IMG/VR virus record: IMGVR_UViG_3300021197_001384
Source of the DNA: an uncultured virus (IMG/VR IMGVR_UViG_3300021197_001384)
Lineage: Duplodnaviria > Heunggongvirae > Uroviricota > Caudoviricetes
Strand: one strand, 5' to 3'
DNA: 64,000 nt
Part shown: in pieces, positions 58,281-64,000 of the stretch
How the letters are laid out: each line of letters opens with the position of its first letter
Position numbering within the stretch: the first letter of the stretch is position 1
Notes under the pieces: generated by a model
The model's database searches: none
What the model saw: the letters and a program-made list of their open reading frames with translations, nothing else
What the model was told of the DNA's origin: nothing
Position numbers and translations under genes: made by a program

Positions 58281-58448
58281 TTACTTCGAATCCTTGGGAG
58301 GATTCGGCTCAGGTTGGGGAACTTTGGAATCGGTCACCACATTGGTCAGCACTTCCCGCGCAGCGGAAAAGGCTTGGTGATCTTGGCCGGAACCAACGAA
58401 CTTTATTTGAACTTGAGCGAGGATTTGTAGTGCTTCTTGAGGGCTCAT
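58281..58448 (-). CDS. small protein (55 aa, not in ORF track) similar to 23078-23239
   Basis: MSPQEALQILAQVQIKFVGSGQDHQAFSAAREVL.. Confidence 0.55.
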   Translation of the reverse strand: MSPQEALQILAQVQIKFVGSGQDHQAFSAAREVLTNVVTDSKVPQPEPNPPKDSK

Positions 58449-58493
58449 CCAAAACGTATGAACAATCCCACAGAATTAAGCAACTCGGATCCG

Positions 58494-58586
58494 TTAGGGC
58501 TGAGCTTCAAGCGCAGCGATGGACGTGGAATCGCATTGATCGCCGTGGTTGTCAGATGCGACGACGAATCGGCGTGGGGATTTCAT
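58494..58586 (-). pseudogene. 30-codon remnant starting like a metallophosphoesterase
   Basis: MKSPRRFVVASDNHGDQCD..IAALEAQP. Confidence 0.4.
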
Positions 58587-58598
58587 AAGCGGTGACGG

Positions 58599-58823
58599 TC
58601 AGCCGAGACGCTGCCAGATCCAATGACCGACGACAGTTGCGCAAGCAGCGATCCCAGAAACGACGCCGCGCTGACGCCATTTCTCATTTTCGAGCTTAGT
58701 CACGCGACCGTTAGTGATCTTCGCTTGCTCTTCCGTGCGCTCCGTTGTCGCGCTGATCGTGTCGAGCCTTTGCAAGATGCGAGAGAACATTGCGTCGGTG
58801 CTGTTCGGGTCGTAATCGGACAT
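58599..58823 (-). CDS. coiled-coil plus C-terminal TM protein (lysis-associated)
   Basis: TNGRVTKLE motif followed by a TM helix. Confidence 0.6.
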   Translation of the reverse strand: MSDYDPNSTDAMFSRILQRLDTISATTERTEEQAKITNGRVTKLENEKWRQRGVVSGIAACATVVGHWIWQRLG

Positions 58824-58831
58824 CGTGCGGA

Positions 58832-59107
58832 TCAATCTTTTTTGATGGTTTCAAGCTCCGCACCTTTGTAATTCGCAGTTCGCGAAAAGCCTAAGATGGT
58901 TGTGGTGTGCGTGAGCGAGTCGGCCTTTCGGACTACACTGCCGTCGTCCTGCGTGGTTTTCTCGATCCCGGTTGCGTGGATTTCCGACGAGAAGCCCGGC
59001 GCTGCAATGGTTTGATGCACCTCCTCGGCTGCGTAGCGCGGAACGGCAGAGCATCCGGCGAACGTGATCGCTGAAAGGGTAATGATAATGCTTTGGATTG
59101 CTTTCAT
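58832..59107 (-). CDS. lipoprotein
   Basis: Signal peptide with lipobox FAGC. Confidence 0.65.
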   Translation of the reverse strand: MKAIQSIIITLSAITFAGCSAVPRYAAEEVHQTIAAPGFSSEIHATGIEKTTQDDGSVVRKADSLTHTTTILGFSRTANYKGAELETIKKD

Positions 59108-59114
59108 AATATGA

Positions 59115-59504
59115 TTATTTGTCACCGCGTTTGAATTTCGGACCGCCAACTACAACAGCGGCGACCATTATTTTGCGACGAATGCGCGAGACGCCCAGCG
59201 CTTCCATTGCTTCGCCGAAGATTGATGCAGCTTTCCGATAGTCGGTTGTTTTGGGCGACTCATCGCAAAGCCAGTCGTGCACGATTGCTGCCTTTCCGTG
59301 CCGCCCGACCGGAGAAACGATGCGATGAAAGAAGCGAGGCACGCTCGCAAAGTCGGTTCGATAGCCTGCTGGCACGGTGATGATCCTGCCGCCAGACGAC
59401 TCAAAGCGAATCGCGTGGATCAGCTCGAACGGTCGTTCATCGAGGTCCAAATTGTGGACCTTGAGATTGTAACTTCCAACGAACTTATCCACGCGGTCTT
59501 GCAT
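59115..59504 (-). CDS. DUF1353-family protein
   Basis: VPAGYRTDFASVPR..AAIVHDWL..F.EAM..GV. Confidence 0.85.
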   Translation of the reverse strand: MQDRVDKFVGSYNLKVHNLDLDERPFELIHAIRFESSGGRIITVPAGYRTDFASVPRFFHRIVSPVGRHGKAAIVHDWLCDESPKTTDYRKAASIFGEAMEALGVSRIRRKIMVAAVVVGGPKFKRGDK

Positions 59505-59543
59505 GACTTATTTGGTTTCGGATTTTGGTTTCGGGGTTTGAAA

Positions 59544-61820
59544 TTAGTTATTTTCCAATGCCTCAAGACGGGCCGTCAGTTCCTGTAGTGCACCGACGAG
59601 CAGAGGCACTAGCTTGGATTGGTCGATTCCTTGGTATTCTGGCACCGACCTAGTGCCCATGACGGCAGGAGTGACTTCGTTTCCGTCGTCATCTAATACC
59701 GCTGGAGTGACCTCGTATTCCTCGTCACGCATTGCATTTTTTTCGCCGGATATTGCTTCCGGAACGACCTCTTGAACTTCGTGAGCGATAAATCCATCCA
59801 CGATCCTCTTGTCATCAGAGATGAAGTTGAAGCGGCTGGGCTTGAGCTTGCCGATGCGTTGCAGCGAATCCGACATTGGCACCACGTTTTCCTTCAAACG
59901 ATAGTCCGAAGAGGTGTTGTATGCCGTGGAGGTCTGGTTGGTGGTAATCGTGCCGCAGGTCTGCGTGGCACTTATAAAGATGGCTTGGGTCTGCACCCCA
60001 GCCCCCATCTTCCCGAAGCGGACGTATTTGCTGGCGTTATCCCACGCAAACCCACCGACTCCAACGGTGGGCATTGTCATTCCGCTGAAGATGGCGTCGC
60101 CGCCAGATTTAAGCGTCATTCTCTCGGTTCGAGTGCCTGCTGAGTTCTCTACAAAGGTTAGGTTATTTTGTGATCCTCCTCCACTTGGGTCTTGGAGCGA
60201 GGTCTCCCACCAATAACTTGGGTTAGTGGTGTAAAGACTTATGAAGTTCCGATAGTTCTCAGAACCGCTTCCTCCTTGGAATCGGGCCAATTCGGTAGCA
60301 CCAGATACAGAACCTTTAAATACGTGTAGGGGTGCCGCCGGTGCCGTGATCCCAATGCCGACCTCGCCAGTAGCCAAAACTCGCATTCTCTCGACACCAT
60401 CCTTGTCGTTAAGCTCAAGGATTCGATCACCCGAATTGCTACCAGCACTAATTTCTAATCCGTTGCCGCTGGCTGTTGAGTTTGAAATCAGTCCGACAAA
60501 ATCGGTGGTCGCGCCACTTACGGTGAACAACCGTGAAGGTGTAGACGTCCCCACGCCGACGTTGCCGCTCGTCGCGAGCGTCATTTGCGGAAACGAATTG
60601 TTCGTTCCGAAGATCAGCGGATGGTTAGTGGTAGTCCCGATAGCAAACGAGTTGGTCAGCGTGGTGCTGCCGTAAATGATGCCGTTGACCGTTCCGTCGT
60701 TGACCGCGATGCCGCCATTGGTGGCAGTTTGGACGCTTAGCTTGGTGCTCGGTCCCGTCGTCCCCACGCCGACGTTGCCTGCGGCGGTGATTCGCATGGC
60801 TTCACTGTCAAGTGAGCCGCCGCCTCCACCTGTGCGAAACGACATGGACCCAGTCCCAGCCGTTGCGCCCCATGAACGAATCCGGAAGTCGTTATTATTA
60901 AAATCGAGACCGCCCGCACTTGTTTGATTAAGAGAAACTCCTCCCCGTGCAAGGACAGGACCATTTACATCGAGAGTTGACTTCCCCGTTCCGGCTGGGG
61001 CAGGTGCCGTCAATCCGATGCCGAGGCCAGTGGAGGTGAATGTAGCGACATCGCCAGTTCCGACGACTCCAACCTTGGTGCTACTCTGCGTGAGATTGAG
61101 TATGCGACCTGTGCCGACGTGGTCGTAAATCGAAAGACCAGCCGACCCAGCGTAAAGGCGGGTTTCGTTTGAAACGTCTAGACCAAAAAGACGCCCGAAA
61201 AAATCAACTTGTGTGCTTGCACTCAGACTCGTCGCCGCCACCGTGCTCGGCGTCGTCGCCCCAATCGTCGTGCCGTCAATCGTCCCGCCGTTAATGTCTG
61301 CCGTGTCAGCAACCAGCGAGTCGATGTTCGCCGTGCCGTCGAGGTAGAGGTTGCGCCACTCGTGGCCCGTGCGACCAAGGTCGTAGGTGTTGTCGGTGGC
61401 TGGCGTAAACTCAGATGCAATCCGAGCGTTGAACGTCACCGTGTCACTATTGCTGCTACCGAGAGTCGTGTTGTTGTTAATCGACAATGCATCTGCCGTA
61501 AGCAGGTTGGCATCACTGACTGTAACCCCAGAATTTTGTATGACCTTGCCGGTTGTGCTATCAAAACGAGCAACAGCATTATCCGTAGATGACGCTGGTC
61601 CAACTACATCACCAGCACCATTAGACGTCCATTCCACATCTGTAGCCGTGCCATTCAAAGAAAGCACTTTATTTGCATTTCCCGTATAATCAGGAAGCAA
61701 ATTAACACGGGCATCAGACGCATTGTCAGCCCCTGTTCCACCGTTAACAACGGGCAATACGCCAGAAATATTTTCCAGGGAGTCTGGTGTATCCAGAATC
61801 AGGGTCTTAAAAACGTCCAT
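59544..61820 (-). CDS. tail fibre: phage-A-type N-terminus, GNVGVG modules, peptidase S74 chaperone
   Basis: GDVVGPASSTDNAVARFD, TYDLG..WRNLYLDG, TSSDYRLKENV. Confidence 0.85.
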   Translation of the reverse strand: MDVFKTLILDTPDSLENISGVLPVVNGGTGADNASDARVNLLPDYTGNANKVLSLNGTATDVEWTSNGAGDVVGPASSTDNAVARFDSTTGKVIQNSGVTVSDANLLTADALSINNNTTLGSSNSDTVTFNARIASEFTPATDNTYDLGRTGHEWRNLYLDGTANIDSLVADTADINGGTIDGTTIGATTPSTVAATSLSASTQVDFFGRLFGLDVSNETRLYAGSAGLSIYDHVGTGRILNLTQSSTKVGVVGTGDVATFTSTGLGIGLTAPAPAGTGKSTLDVNGPVLARGGVSLNQTSAGGLDFNNNDFRIRSWGATAGTGSMSFRTGGGGGSLDSEAMRITAAGNVGVGTTGPSTKLSVQTATNGGIAVNDGTVNGIIYGSTTLTNSFAIGTTTNHPLIFGTNNSFPQMTLATSGNVGVGTSTPSRLFTVSGATTDFVGLISNSTASGNGLEISAGSNSGDRILELNDKDGVERMRVLATGEVGIGITAPAAPLHVFKGSVSGATELARFQGGSGSENYRNFISLYTTNPSYWWETSLQDPSGGGSQNNLTFVENSAGTRTERMTLKSGGDAIFSGMTMPTVGVGGFAWDNASKYVRFGKMGAGVQTQAIFISATQTCGTITTNQTSTAYNTSSDYRLKENVVPMSDSLQRIGKLKPSRFNFISDDKRIVDGFIAHEVQEVVPEAISGEKNAMRDEEYEVTPAVLDDDGNEVTPAVMGTRSVPEYQGIDQSKLVPLLVGALQELTARLEALENN

Positions 61821-61821
61821 T

Positions 61822-62148
61822 TTACAAATAGTTCAACTCTTGCATTTCAAGCACAGCATCCGTGCTTGCTTCCCGAATGGCCTTAACCTTGGAAACCATT
61901 TCCCGTGTCCAATAAACAGAGCTTCCTGGCGGCATACGGTAACCCAATGAAGCGGTAGGATCAGTGGTGCCATCCATCGTTACACGAATCGCAGCATCAT
62001 TAACCTGAACAAGCACGTGCGTCGTGCCAGAGTTTAGGGTCCAATCCAAGACCTGCTCCGCCGTAGAACTAATTGTGTTCTGTTGGTGAGTGGTGGTGTT
62101 CTGGGGGATTGCCTGAGAAGGCGTATTAACAATTCTTGCGTTAGGCAT
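61822..62148 (-). CDS. small structural protein, paralog of 62153-62467
   Basis: VLVQV..AAIRVTMDG..P.AS.G. Confidence 0.65.
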   Translation of the reverse strand: MPNARIVNTPSQAIPQNTTTHQQNTISSTAEQVLDWTLNSGTTHVLVQVNDAAIRVTMDGTTDPTASLGYRMPPGSSVYWTREMVSKVKAIREASTDAVLEMQELNYL

Positions 62149-62152
62149 GAGA

Positions 62153-62467
62153 TTAAACAGTAAAGGGTGATGCCTGCACGGCTGCGTCCGTTCCGCCAGC
62201 ACGAATCATAATTGCGCTATCTGCTTGTCGGGCCGACCAGAAGCCTTTCCATCCAGACTCAAACTTGTGTCCGTTTGACGCAGAAGGAACGGAACGATCA
62301 AAGGTAACCATAATATCGGCACCTTGAACATCAACATAAACAAACTTGGTGTTTTCGTCATACCAAGTTGACGTAAACTCAATAGGAACCGTAGAAACCG
62401 TCAAACGCTCATCTGTGCCGCCTTCGGTGGGGACAGGATAAAGATTAACTGAAAAGGTATTAGGCAT
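62153..62467 (-). CDS. small structural protein
   Basis: VYVDV..ADIMVTFD..PSASNG. Confidence 0.65.
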   Translation of the reverse strand: MPNTFSVNLYPVPTEGGTDERLTVSTVPIEFTSTWYDENTKFVYVDVQGADIMVTFDRSVPSASNGHKFESGWKGFWSARQADSAIMIRAGGTDAAVQASPFTV

Positions 62468-62471
62468 AGTA

Positions 62472-63329
62472 TTAACGTGATTGGCGAGAAACGTAAGTTG
62501 AAATTCGACGATATAAAGCGTTATTGTTTCTCTGGGTTTCTGCTTTATCCAATTCTATCAAAAGGTATTGCTGCGCCACATTCTCTTCTGCAATGGCCTT
62601 GTCAATCTGACCGTCCATACGCAAGAAGTCTGCATATGCTGCGTGCGCTATATATTCAAAAAACTCCGACGGGATGTTGGTAGATGAATCCGAATATGGG
62701 CCTTCCCACTTTTTCAAATAACCCACCCAAAAGCCGCCAAGGTCCGTATAGTTATTAATTACATTAGCACCATCACTACCAACCCAAAACTCATACTCAA
62801 TAGCAGAGTTAATGTTTAGTGGATTGCTGCTCCAAATACGATTAAAGCTATCAATCTCAGGAACGCTATTAGCAATCACGCTCCCAGATCCCGTGTAAGT
62901 TTCAACACCAGTTCCCGTTGCAAGATTATATGTAAACGTATCGTTATTGATTGATCCTGTGCTTACTGATACAACCTGATAGCTACCATTTGGATCAACA
63001 GAACCAGTTAATCCAGAAACAGTAACATACATTCCCTCTACAAAATCAACAGACGCGGTGCATCTAATTGTAACTAATTTATCTACACGGGAAGCAGCAG
63101 CAATGTTTTTGGAAGCAGGGGTAAATGTCGTAGAAATAACATTACCAACCGCTGGCCGTGCTTGTGCCCCAACAATATAACGCGGCCAAACTTTGTTCTG
63201 TCGATAAGCCTGATAAGCTCTACGATTAACAAAGTTAAGGATGCTTCCTTTTTCGCTAGGGTTAAAGTTGCTTACCCCAGAAAGCGAGCTAATTAAGGAG
63301 TAGAGATCACTATACGTCCGATTGGTCAT
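62472..63329 (-). CDS. head-tail adaptor-like protein
   Basis: Helical termini (FVNRR..WP; IPSEFFEYIAH..ADFL) around an inserted beta domain. Confidence 0.6.
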   Translation of the reverse strand: MTNRTYSDLYSLISSLSGVSNFNPSEKGSILNFVNRRAYQAYRQNKVWPRYIVGAQARPAVGNVISTTFTPASKNIAAASRVDKLVTIRCTASVDFVEGMYVTVSGLTGSVDPNGSYQVVSVSTGSINNDTFTYNLATGTGVETYTGSGSVIANSVPEIDSFNRIWSSNPLNINSAIEYEFWVGSDGANVINNYTDLGGFWVGYLKKWEGPYSDSSTNIPSEFFEYIAHAAYADFLRMDGQIDKAIAEENVAQQYLLIELDKAETQRNNNALYRRISTYVSRQSR

Positions 63330-63634
63330 ATCTTGTTAGGAGAAAGATGTGGGAACTTCTTTTGGTAATACTTCATAAACTCCTTAGAATGAACCTCTTT
63401 ATGCCCATATTTTTGCTGCATACGGAAAAACTCCCACTCGGGGATCACACCAATACAGCGACCAAGCCCAGGCACTTCCTTTTGATTCACCAAATCCTTT
63501 GCCTGTTCAGCCGCTTGCGCTTCCTTTGACCGTTCAATTTCTTTCTTAAACTCTAGCCCAGTAGTAAGCTCACGCATCAAAGCGCGATTAACTTCTCCGT
63601 CGTGATACTTAGGGAATGACGTAATTAAGTGCAT
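63326..63634 (-). CDS. hypothetical protein after the capsid gene
   Basis: ORF coupled to the adaptor. Confidence 0.6.
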   Translation of the reverse strand: MHLITSFPKYHDGEVNRALMRELTTGLEFKKEIERSKEAQAAEQAKDLVNQKEVPGLGRCIGVIPEWEFFRMQQKYGHKEVHSKEFMKYYQKKFPHLSPNKI

Positions 63635-63640
63635 AATAAT

Positions 63641-63665
63641 AGGGCTACCCCGAAGGATAGCCCCA
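63641..63665 (-). terminator. hairpin/terminator after the capsid gene
   Basis: GGGCTA.CC-TTCG-GG.TAGCCC on the - strand with AT-rich tail. Confidence 0.5.
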
Positions 63666-63693
63666 TTATAACATGTAAGTCTAGTAGTTAGAT

Positions 63694-64000
63694 TTACGCA
63701 ATAGCGGTAATCTTACCGTGAGCACCAGGGTGCTTGACCAACAGGGACAAGGTCGTGTCAACGTAACCACGCTCACCGCCACCTTGATTCGGAAGGCGGG
63801 TCGAACCAAGACCGATCAACTCGGCAACGCCGTAGTAGTCAGGATTAATGAGGTAACCCGTGTCTTTGTTCGTCGTGTCAGGGGAGCAGTCAGGGTTCAT
63901 GTTAACAATGCTCACCATACCGTGATCAGACTCATACATCTCAACAGAGAGTTTGATGGTCTTGGAATCAGCAGATTGGGTAACCTGACGGTAAACCGCG
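63694..64000 (-). CDS. major capsid protein of phage A (SU10/DUF5309-like), C-terminal part
   Basis: Frame stays open to window end; SVEMYESDHG..LPNQGGGERG..L.VK.P.AHGKI. Confidence 0.75.
   Translation of the reverse strand, partial: AVYRQVTQSADSKTIKLSVEMYESDHGMVSIVNMNPDCSPDTTNKDTGYLINPDYYGVAELIGLGSTRLPNQGGGERGYVDTTLSLLVKHPGAHGKITAIA

Larger units (their letters stand above)
24384..61292. mobile_element. Phage B, apparently complete podophage of about 36.4 kb bounded by direct repeats within tail-fibre genes
   Basis: Own TerS/TerL, portal, scaffold, capsid, tail tube, internal virion and replication genes; visibly GC-richer; flanked by a 505-bp near-identical repeat at offset 36404. Confidence 0.85.
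61293..64000 (-). mobile_element. Phage A, right arm (capsid to tail-fibre N-terminus), continuing beyond the window
   Basis: AT-richer codon style matching 11.7-23 kb; second, unrelated capsid and adaptor genes. Confidence 0.8.

Noticed and set aside
24384..61292. Integrase-mediated prophage or satellite insertion with attL/attR
   Set aside because: No recombinase; the boundaries are long coding homology; B encodes its own full virion
1..64000. tRNA, rRNA, introns, IS elements and host genes; specific host assignment
   Set aside because: No cloverleaf, rRNA, transposase or housekeeping signatures seen by eye; weak Shine-Dalgarno use is not enough to name a host

Overview
The window is entirely phage DNA and holds two different short-tailed (podovirus-like) phage genomes, one nested in the other. 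Phage A: 1-11.7 kb early/replication genes on + (PD-(D/E)XK nuclease, DnaB, SSB-like, HNHs, DEDD exonuclease), 11.7-24 kb AT-richer virion and lysis genes on -, resuming at 61.3-64 kb (tail fibre N-terminus, adaptor, partial major capsid). Phage B (about 36.4 kb, GC-richer, apparently complete) lies between two direct copies of a mosaic tail-fibre gene that share a 505-bp block with one mismatch (24384-24888 and 60788-61292). It has its own terminase, portal, scaffold, capsid, tail tube, a 2384-aa polyvalent protein and a DnaC/RuvC replication module. The nesting is either a real cointegrate or an assembly chimera. The most striking signal is an integron-like cassette array in phage A (3154-4760): attC-architecture sites flank small orphan ORFs, four cassettes have perfectly complementary 7-bp core boxes, the sites are inverted relative to the genes, stop and start codons lie inside the sites, and no integrase is in the window. 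Phage B also has a type II hammerhead ribozyme (52267-52326) and two copies of an unknown structured leader in equivalent positions. All calls come from reading sequence and motifs by eye; no database searches were run and the host is unknown.
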